This document shows, one piece after another, positions 10,097-18,963 of a stretch of DNA of 64,000 bases. Position numbers and translations under genes: made by a program. Within the stretch, counting starts at the first letter, position 1. Each line of letters starts with the position of its first letter. A model generated the notes under the pieces. The model was not told the DNA's origin. It was given only the letters and a program-made list of their open reading frames with translations, and ran no database searches. This DNA comes from Bdellovibrionales bacterium (GTDB lineage Bacteria > Bdellovibrionota > UBA1018 > CAIMNF01): NCBI GenBank assembly GCA_040380025.1, contig JBEIJY010000003.1:1-64000 (forward strand). The letters are read 5' to 3'.

Positions 10097-11229
10097 AGGG
10101 GTTGATCGTACTGCGAAGCGGGCAAGAGGAGCTGATCCTCGAGGGGACGCTCTTCGGTGCTCTTCGGTCCGCCGATGCCGAGAACGTGGTGTTCGGAGAG
10201 TTCGTGTTCAATACCTCGATGACCGGGTATCAGGAGATTCTGACAGACCCTTCGTATGCGGGGCAGATCGTATGCTTCACGACTCCGCACATCGGCAACA
10301 CCGGCGCAAACCGCGAGGACCTCGAGAGCACCCGGATTCATGCCGAGGCACTCGTGATCGCGCGTTACACTCCGCGACCCTCGAACTTCCGCTCCGAAGA
10401 AACGCTCGAAGAGTTTTTGGTGCGAAACAAAAAGTCCGGAATCCACGGCGTCGACACCCGCAGGCTCACCCTGTTTTTGCGCGATTGCGGAGTCGCTTCG
10501 GGGATGATTCTTCCGGCGGCCCTTCGCGATTCCATTCCGGCGCAATGGGGGCGATTCGAGTCCGCCGGGTACGATAAAATCGACTGGATCAGGCAAGTCA
10601 CCACGAGAGAGGTCCGGGTTCACGAACCCGCTCCGCACGACCCGAGTCCGCGATTCCATGTCGTGGCCTACGATTTCGGCATCAAAGCGCAGCTCTTGCG
10701 CGATCTCTCGCGCCGCGGTTGCAAAGTCACCGTGGTGCCGGCGGATTTTCCGGCAAGCGAGGTCGAGCGTCTCCGGCCGGATGGAGTATTCCTTTCGAAC
10801 GGCCCGGGCGACCCGAAGCTCGCCACCTACGCTGTTCAAAACGTGAAGCTTCTTTTGGGCAAACAACCTGTTTTTGGTGTTTGCATGGGGCATCAGGTGC
10901 TGGCGCTCGCGCTCGGCGGGAACACCTACAAGCTCAAGTTCGGTCATCGCGGCGCGAATCAGCCGGTGCTGGATCTCGAGCGAAGCTCCGTCGAGATCAG
11001 CTCGCACAATCACGGCTATGCGGTCGATGCCTCGTCTCTTCCGGCCAGGGTAAAGCTGACCCATGTGAACACGAACGACCAGTGCTGTGAGGGAATCTCG
11101 GTTCCTGACCAAATGGCATTCTCGGTACAATATCACCCCGAGAGTTCTCCCGGCCCCCACGATTCCGGTCATCTTTTTGACCGTTTCGTGCACATGATGG
11201 ATGATTTTGTGCGTCATAAATATATCTGA
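10093..11229 (+). CDS. carA: Carbamoyl-phosphate synthase small subunit
   Basis: FNTSMTGYQEILTDPSY, LSNGPGDP, GVCMGHQ, KFGHRGANQP, QYHPE; ATG 10093 overlaps the pyrC stop. Confidence 0.96.
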   Translation: MKGLIVLRSGQEELILEGTLFGALRSADAENVVFGEFVFNTSMTGYQEILTDPSYAGQIVCFTTPHIGNTGANREDLESTRIHAEALVIARYTPRPSNFRSEETLEEFLVRNKKSGIHGVDTRRLTLFLRDCGVASGMILPAALRDSIPAQWGRFESAGYDKIDWIRQVTTREVRVHEPAPHDPSPRFHVVAYDFGIKAQLLRDLSRRGCKVTVVPADFPASEVERLRPDGVFLSNGPGDPKLATYAVQNVKLLLGKQPVFGVCMGHQVLALALGGNTYKLKFGHRGANQPVLDLERSSVEISSHNHGYAVDASSLPARVKLTHVNTNDQCCEGISVPDQMAFSVQYHPESSPGPHDSGHLFDRFVHMMDDFVRHKYI

Positions 11230-11267
11230 TGATTTGAATTCCCGACTTTTGTTATTGTGTTTGAAGG

Positions 11268-12635
11268 ATGATTGGTTTTGCTTGGGCATGGATGCTCGTT
11301 GGTTTTTTTTCTCTTTCTTACGCCAATGAATTTTGCGGATTGAAATGCAATCCACCGGATCCCGTGACCGGACTGGTGGAACAGGCACAGAGTGCGGTCG
11401 CGATGAATCCCGCAGCGGACTGCGAACCGGCCGAAAAAAATTCCGAAATTCTTAAAGAAACCCCGCTTGCGGGCGGGGCGCGGAAGATGATGGCGATGGT
11501 GTACGGGAGCTGTGCGGTTTTGAAGCTGAAAGCACGGCAGAAGTTGAATCCGAAAGAACCGAAGATCAGAATCGAAACCATGTCGATTCCGACAGGAACC
11601 GATGCCGCCCGCACGAATCATCCCTATCTCGGGCATTTTCGTGATCCCGGCTGCACCAATGCCGCTGAGTGCTCGGATGCGAATCTGAACAAGCCTGTCG
11701 TGGGCATCCCCTCCGCATGCAAAAAGATCGTGTGCGATGCCTATCGATACCCCTCCGCGTATCGGTATGGCGGCAAAGCCAAGAACGAGTCCGAGGTGAC
11801 TTCGCATGAGTTCAGGGCTCCGGCGTCCGTGCAAACGGGGGTGGATTGTTCTTACTTTGTGTTTCAATCGATGAATCAGGGCGGGTTGCGGTTCGAGAAA
11901 AACAAAGAGAACTACTATCGGGCTTCCTCCGCCTTGAGCGTTCTCGGACAAAAAGACAAAGATGGAAACCGCCTGGATTGCTTTGATCAGGTGGTGGATC
12001 AGGAAGGGGGCATTCACCCCGGAGACATGATCGTCATTCCCGGAAAGCACGCCGCCCTGGTCGATACGGTGGGACCGGATCCATTCGGGATCAACGCCAT
12101 GATCGAAGACCCGACTCAGTGGAAAGGGCTGGATTGGGAGAAAACCAAAGGAACTCCGAACGGCACCGCGCTGACTCTTCGAGGGTCCGTCGAGAAAATC
12201 GATCAGATCCGGCAGGGGACTTCGACCATGTACACCGATGAAAAAGTGAAGTTCTTGAACGATCTCTCTACTTATCTTTGTTCCAATGCGCTCCATTGGG
12301 ATCGATTCAAACTGACCATCATCCACAGTTCCAGCAACGGAAATCACACCGGAGTCCAACGCGAGGACAATCCATCGGGATGCATGCGGCCTCCATTGCT
12401 TCAGTTGTCGAAAGCCCAGTGCATTCGGGCCATGAAACAGAAATGGCGGGAACAGGTGCCGGAGTTCGCGGATGCCCCGAGTGCGATCATTCAGAATATC
12501 GCCCGATCCAGTACCTCGAAAATTCTCCGGCACGCATCCGATGAGCCGGACTGCCGGACCAATCCTCCGTCGGTGCCCGAAAGCGCTTGCGCCGATTGTT
12601 GTGATTTGAATTCAACCTACGAAGAAATGATCTGA
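11268..12635 (+). CDS. Secreted Cys-rich protein with NlpC/P60-like catalytic motifs (putative peptidoglycan peptidase)
   Basis: Signal peptide; YRYGG...GVDCSYFV...PGDMIV...HAALV...IIHSS pattern; 17 Cys. Confidence 0.6.
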   Translation: MIGFAWAWMLVGFFSLSYANEFCGLKCNPPDPVTGLVEQAQSAVAMNPAADCEPAEKNSEILKETPLAGGARKMMAMVYGSCAVLKLKARQKLNPKEPKIRIETMSIPTGTDAARTNHPYLGHFRDPGCTNAAECSDANLNKPVVGIPSACKKIVCDAYRYPSAYRYGGKAKNESEVTSHEFRAPASVQTGVDCSYFVFQSMNQGGLRFEKNKENYYRASSALSVLGQKDKDGNRLDCFDQVVDQEGGIHPGDMIVIPGKHAALVDTVGPDPFGINAMIEDPTQWKGLDWEKTKGTPNGTALTLRGSVEKIDQIRQGTSTMYTDEKVKFLNDLSTYLCSNALHWDRFKLTIIHSSSNGNHTGVQREDNPSGCMRPPLLQLSKAQCIRAMKQKWREQVPEFADAPSAIIQNIARSSTSKILRHASDEPDCRTNPPSVPESACADCCDLNSTYEEMI

Positions 12636-12644
12636 GGAGAGAAG

Positions 12645-13124
12645 ATGAATCGCTGGTTTGCCCCGTTTTCTTTGTTTTTTTGTTTCGCCGCGAGGCCGGC
12701 TTTCGCCGTGGTTTTCGATCCCGGGCTCTGCAAGGACGCGGCACTCGTCGCGGCCGAGATGGTCGAATACCATCTTTCGGGTGCCCTCTGGCAGGCGAAG
12801 GTGTCGTCTTGTCTTGATCAGTCCCGATTCAAAACCATCCTTGCCGAGCACATCACGGCTGGAGAGGGCCCCGAAGAGCCGGAGTTGCTGATCCCGAAGG
12901 GCGCCAAGGTCGAGGTGTTGTCCCGGAAGTCCTTCGATCGCGGCGCGATGGAAGTGAAGTTCCAAGTGAGGCACAAAAAAGGCGGGAAAGAATTCCTGTA
13001 CCGGGATTCCCTGACTTTCCTTTGGAATCCCGAGATTGTCCGCAAGGATGACGGCTGCGCGATTCCCGAGGAGTCTCCGAAGAAATTCGCGCTCCGCGAG
13101 GAATGCCAGCGCGGAAATGAGTGA
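12645..13124 (+). CDS. Hypothetical secreted protein (4 Cys in mature part)
   Basis: SD GAGGAG, signal peptide ending AFA, 9 nt after the upstream stop. Confidence 0.7.
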   Translation: MNRWFAPFSLFFCFAARPAFAVVFDPGLCKDAALVAAEMVEYHLSGALWQAKVSSCLDQSRFKTILAEHITAGEGPEEPELLIPKGAKVEVLSRKSFDRGAMEVKFQVRHKKGGKEFLYRDSLTFLWNPEIVRKDDGCAIPEESPKKFALREECQRGNE

Positions 13125-13133
13125 GCCTTGCTC

Positions 13134-13784
13134 TCAGAACTTCGATTGGAACCCGTAGATGTGCTTCACGTCGATATGCGAGAAGCGCTGATGCTTCAGC
13201 TTCATCTGCGCGAGCTGGAGGATGAGCTTCAGGTGGCGGGATTTTTCCTGGAAGCGGATCTTCTTGATCTCCCCGGTGATGAACGAGCGCATCTCGACCG
13301 GATGAAAACAGAATCCGGTCGCGAAGTGCCACTTCCCCTCATGCGGAAAAATCCGGCCTTCGAAGACATCGCCTTTTGAGAAGGCGAATTTGAGTTTCGG
13401 GTCGACCACGAGATATTTCTTTCTCGAAAACAGATCCTGCACGATCAGGTTCCGTCCGAACCAGGTGAAGCGGCTCAACAGGAACAGGGAATGGATCGAA
13501 CTCGAGAGATCCTCGAATACCTGTTTGTCCTCGGGGCTGAATTCGGACTGATGCTGGCGGATGTAGTAGCGGATCGGGGGGAGGTCCACTCCCGGCAGGT
13601 CCCGGTCGAACAGGTACCAGTCCATGAACAGGTTCATTCTTTGTTCGAATTCGGCGTCGTCCTCATGGACCACGCCGGCGCGATCGAGGAATTCTTCTTT
13701 GGCCCGGAACACCTCGGAGTAGTAGTCCCCGGTGGTGAATTCACGGATCACGGGCTCGAGTTTTTTCTGCATTCCCTCTGTCAT
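13134..13784 (-). CDS. Hypothetical cytoplasmic protein
   Basis: Protein-like ORF with genome-typical codon use (FMDWYLFDR core); start taken at ATG 13784, 8 nt after a TAAGCT box. Confidence 0.7.
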   Translation of the reverse strand: MTEGMQKKLEPVIREFTTGDYYSEVFRAKEEFLDRAGVVHEDDAEFEQRMNLFMDWYLFDRDLPGVDLPPIRYYIRQHQSEFSPEDKQVFEDLSSSIHSLFLLSRFTWFGRNLIVQDLFSRKKYLVVDPKLKFAFSKGDVFEGRIFPHEGKWHFATGFCFHPVEMRSFITGEIKKIRFQEKSRHLKLILQLAQMKLKHQRFSHIDVKHIYGFQSKF

Positions 13785-13830
13785 ACCGGACGAGCTTACT
13801 GGATTTCGCGGGGGGCGCAACCGCCTAGAT

Positions 13831-13866
13831 TGTCGATGATTTCGACAGGTGTAAAAGAAGTCGACG
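13831..13866 (+). promoter_or_regulatory. Putative enhancer (bEBP upstream activator) sites
   Basis: Palindrome TGTCGA-N5-TCGACA (13831-13847) followed by degenerate TGTAAA-N5-TCGACG (13850-13866), 60-95 bp upstream of a sigma54 motif. Confidence 0.45.
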
Positions 13867-13925
13867 GTTTTTGGTTGATTTTTTTGGTCGGGATCAATTT
13901 ATTGCGTGCAGAGCAGGAATTCTTC

Positions 13926-13941
13926 TGGCATGAAACGTGCT
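13926..13941 (+). promoter_or_regulatory. Sigma54 (-24/-12) promoter
   Basis: TGGCATGAAACGTGCT with GG and GC 12 bp apart, followed by SD AGGAG and ATG 13964. Confidence 0.65.
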
Positions 13942-13963
13942 TTATGCGCCGCAGGAGAATTTT

Positions 13964-14536
13964 ATGAAAAACAGGTGGAAGCCCGCCGTATGGTTTGCCG
14001 TAGCGGCAGTTTTGAGCGCGTGCGGATCGGGTCAAGCGCCGGTCGTGAACATGGGGCAGAACGGATACAACGCAGGTTGGAATTCGGGCTACAATTACAA
14101 CCCATGGAACCCGAACGGGGGGTTCACCCAGCAACTTCCGGGAGGCGGCACCATGACCGTGATTCCGGTCGCCCAAGGGACGATGCAAGCCCCTGCGAAC
14201 CGGGTCCTGGTCGGGGGCGCGCAAGTTCAGGCCGGAGACCAAATTCGGGTGAATGCCTACAACGCTGGCATAGCGGGGATGAGCACCGGCTTTTTTCAGA
14301 TGTCCGGCAGTCTTTATCTGACCGCTCTGCGAGTGTCTTTGAACGGAACCCTTTTGGGTGCCAGCTTGAACGCGCAGTACTCCGCTCCCCAATCGGGTAC
14401 CTTGCAGGTGAGTTTTACCGCTTCCGGATGGCCGACCGACAACTATGATCTGTACCAGGTCATGCTTCCCCAGAACGCGGTGTCGATTGTTCGCTGTCGC
14501 GACGCGGGCAATCAGCCGATGACTTGTCCGAACTGA
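13964..14536 (+). CDS. Hypothetical lipoprotein (Gly/Asn/Gln-rich)
   Basis: SD AGGAG, lipobox LSAC, C-terminal Cys pair. Confidence 0.75.
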   Translation: MKNRWKPAVWFAVAAVLSACGSGQAPVVNMGQNGYNAGWNSGYNYNPWNPNGGFTQQLPGGGTMTVIPVAQGTMQAPANRVLVGGAQVQAGDQIRVNAYNAGIAGMSTGFFQMSGSLYLTALRVSLNGTLLGASLNAQYSAPQSGTLQVSFTASGWPTDNYDLYQVMLPQNAVSIVRCRDAGNQPMTCPN

Positions 14537-15157
14537 TTAATTTCCACGGGGAATTCTGGTTTCCAGAAAAGCCCCGGACTCCCGGGCAAGGATCATGACC
14601 TCTTGGATCAGGGCCGAATCTTCGTGTCTGCGAAGGAAGGGAAGCCGAAACTCCACATATTCGATCGCCACCGCCAGATCCCATCCTGCCTGGGTGAGGT
14701 TTGTTTCCCGCATCCAGAGCGTGCGGGGCGAGCCCGCAATGGCCCGGATCGTCCGCTCGATGGTCTCGGCGTGGTCGCGGGCCCACATGGGCGAGGGAAC
14801 CTCATGCATGGCGGTTTCTTGGTAAAACAGAACCGCACTTTGCATGATGCCTTCCGCCAGCACCGATGCCTGCCGCACACGCGTCCGATCCGGAAGGACT
14901 TTCGGCCAGACCTCTCCGGTCTGATCGTCCAGAAACTCCAGAATCGCGGCAGAGTCGAAGATCGAGTCGCCTTCGGGGGTTCTCAGGGCGGGAATCAACC
15001 CCAAGGGGTTTACTTGCAGCAATTCCGTAGGGTCAGCGAACACATCACAGGGTTTTTCGACGATCGGTAGGCCCAGTCGTCGCAATGCGAGCCTGACCCG
15101 CCGGACAAACGGGGAGCGCGGACTGATGAATAACTCGTAAGGAATCGGGTGGCTCAT
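14537..15157 (-). CDS. Glutathione S-transferase family protein
   Basis: SPRSPFVRRVR, NPLGLIPAL, IFDSAAILEFLD. Confidence 0.9.
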   Translation of the reverse strand: MSHPIPYELFISPRSPFVRRVRLALRRLGLPIVEKPCDVFADPTELLQVNPLGLIPALRTPEGDSIFDSAAILEFLDDQTGEVWPKVLPDRTRVRQASVLAEGIMQSAVLFYQETAMHEVPSPMWARDHAETIERTIRAIAGSPRTLWMRETNLTQAGWDLAVAIEYVEFRLPFLRRHEDSALIQEVMILARESGAFLETRIPRGN

Positions 15158-15185
15158 GGCGAGTTATGCTATCATTCCCCCCATC

Positions 15186-16283
15186 ATGCTCAATCCAAAA
15201 CGCATCCTCGTGACGAAGTTCCGCGCCATGGGAGACACGATTCTCCTCACCGCGGCACTGAAAGAGTTGCAAAGGAACTTTCCGAACGCACAGATCCATG
15301 CGGCAGTGACCGACCCTTGGATCTGGTTGCTCGAAGGGTTTCCGGGTGTCACCAAGCTGATTCCCGTGACCTGGCACAACGATCGTGCCGCGCGAACCAA
15401 GGCCGCAACCCGGCTCGCATTCCAGCTCCGCAAGGAGTCCTACGACCTGGTGTGCGCGTTCCACTCCTCGCCGGCGGCGGCGATGGTGGCCCTCTCGACG
15501 GGTGCGAAGGTGCGTGCGGTCCATTTTCATAGTTTCAAGGCCAAGAACCTCTATTCGACGGTTTCGATTCCCGGCAAAGGGGTCATGAAGCCCGTGGTGC
15601 AGCGCGATCTCGACACGATCCGCGGGCTCGGAATCGAGGTGCGGGACGAGGTGATGCCCGAGCTGTTTTTGAAGCAATCCGAGAAGGAGCTCGCCGAAGA
15701 GGAGTTTCGAGCCTGGGGCTTGTCGCGTCCGGTGCTCGGGATCGCCCTCGGGGCCTCCCGTGCCACCAAGATCTGGCCGATCCATCGCTTCGCCGAGGTG
15801 GCACAGAAGTGGGTGGCCGAGACCAAGGGTTCGGTTCTCGTCATCAGCGGTCCCGGAGAAGAAAAGCTGAACGAGGAATTCTTCCATGCCGTTCCGAATC
15901 TTCCCGGCCTCAGGGAGCAGATTCAGATCATGCCCTCGTGCAATGTGAGGCTCCTCGCGGCGCGGATTTCGCGGTTGAATGTGCTCCTCGGAAACGACTC
16001 CGGCCCGCGGCATCTCGCGGCGGCGCTCGGTGTTCCCACCGTGACCTTGTTCGGCCCCGAACATCCGCTGGAGTGGCATCCGTATGCGCAAGATCGCCAT
16101 CCTCGTCTTTTTGTCGAGGGTCTTGCATGCAGGAATCAAGAAGAACCGGGATCCCCCCCTTGGTGCGGACTTCAGGAGTGCATCGTGCAGGCCCATCAGT
16201 GCATGACCCGGATCACAGCAACGCAGGTGTTCGACGAAGTCGCACGGGTGTTTTCGAGCCATGGAAAAGATCTCAGGATTTAG
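15186..16283 (+). CDS. Glycosyltransferase family 9 (LPS heptosyltransferase-like)
   Basis: RAMGDTIL, K.WP..RF, GNDSGPRHLAAALGVPTVTLFGP, C-terminal Cys cluster. Confidence 0.9.
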   Translation: MLNPKRILVTKFRAMGDTILLTAALKELQRNFPNAQIHAAVTDPWIWLLEGFPGVTKLIPVTWHNDRAARTKAATRLAFQLRKESYDLVCAFHSSPAAAMVALSTGAKVRAVHFHSFKAKNLYSTVSIPGKGVMKPVVQRDLDTIRGLGIEVRDEVMPELFLKQSEKELAEEEFRAWGLSRPVLGIALGASRATKIWPIHRFAEVAQKWVAETKGSVLVISGPGEEKLNEEFFHAVPNLPGLREQIQIMPSCNVRLLAARISRLNVLLGNDSGPRHLAAALGVPTVTLFGPEHPLEWHPYAQDRHPRLFVEGLACRNQEEPGSPPWCGLQECIVQAHQCMTRITATQVFDEVARVFSSHGKDLRI

Positions 16284-17202
16284 CCTCGTCCGGAACGGAG
16301 TCCGCTTCGATTATCCGTTTTTGGAATCCCTGCGCTCCTTGCTTCCGGTGGTCGATGAGCTTGTTTTGAATGTGGGAGTCGGAGACGACGAGACTCTTGC
16401 GCGTTGCCAGCGGTTCGCCGCCGAGGAGGGCCAGGGCAAGGTCGTGATCTTCGAGTCGGAGTGGCCCCTGAATGACCCCGAAAAGAAGCGATCCGGGATC
16501 ATCCTGTCGGAGCAAACGAATCTTGCGCTCGACCGGTGCACCCATGATTGGTGCTTGTATCTTCAGGCCGACGAGGTCCTTCACGAGGATGACTACGGAG
16601 CCATCCGGAACGCCGTCCGGTGCGCGAGCCGGATGGGGCTCGATGCGGTTGTTTTTGAATACCGGCATCTGTACGGATCCTTCGATGTCATCCAACACTC
16701 CCGCTCCGCATACCGCCGTGAGATGCGGCTGATCCGAAAGTCCTCGGGTGCGCGGAGCATCGGCGACGCCCAGAGTTTTCTGAAGTCGGGCGGAGAGAAG
16801 CTCGATGCGGTCCTGTCGCGGGCCCGGATTTTTCATTACGGGTGGGTCAGAACCCCCGAGGCCATGCGCGAAAAAACCCGCTTCATGGACGAGCTGTATC
16901 ATGGCGACACGGCCGCCGGCTCCGAGCTCCCCCATACGGGAAACAACTACCGTTACCGGCGATTCTGGGGATTGTTTCCCTACCGGGGCGGACATCCTTC
17001 GGTGATGGCGACGCGAATCCGCGAAAAAGGCTGGAATTGGGATCTGAAGAGCTCGCCCTTTTTGTTCACGGCGCGCGACGGGTTCAAGGTGATCCTGGAC
17101 TTGTTCGAAAGGGCAACCGGAATCCGGCCCTTTGAATTCCGGAATTACCGCGTGAAAGCCGTTTTGGATCGGGCGGAACCGCCGGTAGGATGGAATCGAT
17201 GA
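16261..17202 (+). CDS. Glycosyltransferase family 2
   Basis: ISGFSLVRNG..FDYPF, WCLYLQADE, HYGWVR motifs. Confidence 0.85.
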   Translation: MEKISGFSLVRNGVRFDYPFLESLRSLLPVVDELVLNVGVGDDETLARCQRFAAEEGQGKVVIFESEWPLNDPEKKRSGIILSEQTNLALDRCTHDWCLYLQADEVLHEDDYGAIRNAVRCASRMGLDAVVFEYRHLYGSFDVIQHSRSAYRREMRLIRKSSGARSIGDAQSFLKSGGEKLDAVLSRARIFHYGWVRTPEAMREKTRFMDELYHGDTAAGSELPHTGNNYRYRRFWGLFPYRGGHPSVMATRIREKGWNWDLKSSPFLFTARDGFKVILDLFERATGIRPFEFRNYRVKAVLDRAEPPVGWNR

Positions 17203-17939
17203 ATCACCTCAGACCCTTCCGGATTTTGATCCTCGATAACACTCGCGAGCCCTCCTCGTTCGGGAGTCCGAACTTGTTCCGTCTGGTTCAGGCGACCGCG
17301 CCTCGCGGGGCTGAGCTGATCGTGCGACGCACTCCCGAGCTCGATTTTTCGTCTGACATGGCGGCCGATGCGATCGTGATCTCGGGCTCGGCGACCTCGT
17401 GCCTGTCGCCCTACGAACCCTGGGTCGGGCACTTCGACGGGTTTGTTACCGATCACATCCAAAAAAGAACGCCGATCCTCGGGGTGTGCTTCGGCCATCA
17501 GACCATCGCTCGCTGTCTCTTCCGCATGGCGGGAAAAACCCCTGCCCTCGGACGCTCCCGCGATGCCGAGATCGGATGGCAGACCCTGAAGGTGGTTTCG
17601 AAATCTACTTTGTTCCGGGGGCTCGGTCCCCGGTTCGTGAGTTATCAGTCCCATTACGAGGAGGTCTCGGAGCTTCCTCCCGGAACGAGGCGGACCGCCG
17701 AATCCGATCGGTGTCTCATTCAGGCATTCGAGATGGAGTCGGCACCCGTGTTCGGAATCCAATTCCATCCGGAGCACGGTCCGGCCTATGCCGAAGAGGC
17801 GATGAGCAAGAAATTGAAAAACGGAGAGCGACCTGATTGGGTGCTGAATCCCGGAAAGAGTCATGAGCTTTATGATGAGAACGTCGGAAAAACCATTTTC
17901 GGAAACTTCTTTGGTCATGCCCGCGCCAGAAGGGCTTGA
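17199..17939 (+). CDS. Type 1 glutamine amidotransferase-like protein
   Basis: ISGS, GVCFGHQ, EIGW, QFHPE catalytic triad motifs. Confidence 0.9.
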   Translation: MNHLRPFRILILDNTREPSSFGSPNLFRLVQATAPRGAELIVRRTPELDFSSDMAADAIVISGSATSCLSPYEPWVGHFDGFVTDHIQKRTPILGVCFGHQTIARCLFRMAGKTPALGRSRDAEIGWQTLKVVSKSTLFRGLGPRFVSYQSHYEEVSELPPGTRRTAESDRCLIQAFEMESAPVFGIQFHPEHGPAYAEEAMSKKLKNGERPDWVLNPGKSHELYDENVGKTIFGNFFGHARARRA

Positions 17940-18918
17940 TTCTGCATCCCAAGGCGTGAGTCTGAAGGAGCGCGCGAAGCTTCTGCTGAAGTTCTCGCTC
18001 GTGGGCGCGGTATTTTATTACTTGCACCACAAAGGCCTGATCACCGCGGAGAGCTTTCAGAAGCTGTTCTCTTCGCCGGAGACCTGGATCGTCTGCACGG
18101 TGCTCACCGCCTTGAACACCGTCTTCGGATCCCTCCGGTGGCAGGTGTTGCTCCGGACCCAAGGGGTGGAGCTGCCCTTTCGCGAAGTGCTTCAGCTCAA
18201 TCTGATCGGCGGGTTCTTCAATATCGCGCTTCCGGGTGCGGTGAGCGGGGACTTCGTCAAGGCCATGATCGTCTCGCGCAAGGTCGAGGGCAGCCGGGCG
18301 GGAGTGTTCGGGAGCATGATTTTTGACCGGATTCTCGGGGTTTCGGCGATGGTTCTCGTGGGGGCCGTGTCGGCACTCCTTTCGGTTCTCATTCCGTGGG
18401 GCGGGCGTCTTCCTGCTGTTCTCCTCGTTTCGGTCGGCGCGGTCGGAGCAGCGGCGATTGGTTTTTTCCTGTATCTCTTCCTCTCCCGCCGACGCGATCC
18501 GTTTCATGGCGTTCTCCGCTTTTTTTCGAGCCGGAGCGAAAAGTTCGGCTCTCTGGAACGGCTTTATCTCGGCGTGATGGGATACCGCGCCCATCCTCGC
18601 CGGGTCGGAAAAGCGATCGCGCTCTCGGTGGTCATTCATCTGTTTCTGATCCTGATGTCGTTTTTCATCACCGAGGCGATCTCGCCCGAGCGCGTTCCGG
18701 TGTTCGCGATCGCGGTGATCGTGCCGATCGGAATGCTCGCGACCGCGATTCCGGTTCTTCCGGCCGGCGTGGGAACCGGACATGCCGCCTTTCTCGGTCT
18801 GTTCCACTTGGTGGGGTCTCCGCTCGGTGCCGAGGTCTTCAGCATGATGGTGCTGTATCAGGTTTTGGTCGGTGTGATCGGCGGACTGGTGTACCTCCGG
18901 ATGCTCTCGCGCCGCTGA
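17917..18918 (+). CDS. Lysylphosphatidylglycerol synthase TM domain / UPF0104 flippase-like protein
   Basis: LRWQVLL, FFNIALPGAVSGDFVKA, DRILG, PAGVGTG; many TM helices. Confidence 0.85.
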   Translation: MPAPEGLDSASQGVSLKERAKLLLKFSLVGAVFYYLHHKGLITAESFQKLFSSPETWIVCTVLTALNTVFGSLRWQVLLRTQGVELPFREVLQLNLIGGFFNIALPGAVSGDFVKAMIVSRKVEGSRAGVFGSMIFDRILGVSAMVLVGAVSALLSVLIPWGGRLPAVLLVSVGAVGAAAIGFFLYLFLSRRRDPFHGVLRFFSSRSEKFGSLERLYLGVMGYRAHPRRVGKAIALSVVIHLFLILMSFFITEAISPERVPVFAIAVIVPIGMLATAIPVLPAGVGTGHAAFLGLFHLVGSPLGAEVFSMMVLYQVLVGVIGGLVYLRMLSRR

Positions 18919-18963
18919 TTCCCGGTTTTGTTTTTTGGCCCGCTCCGTGCTTTCAGGAACCGC

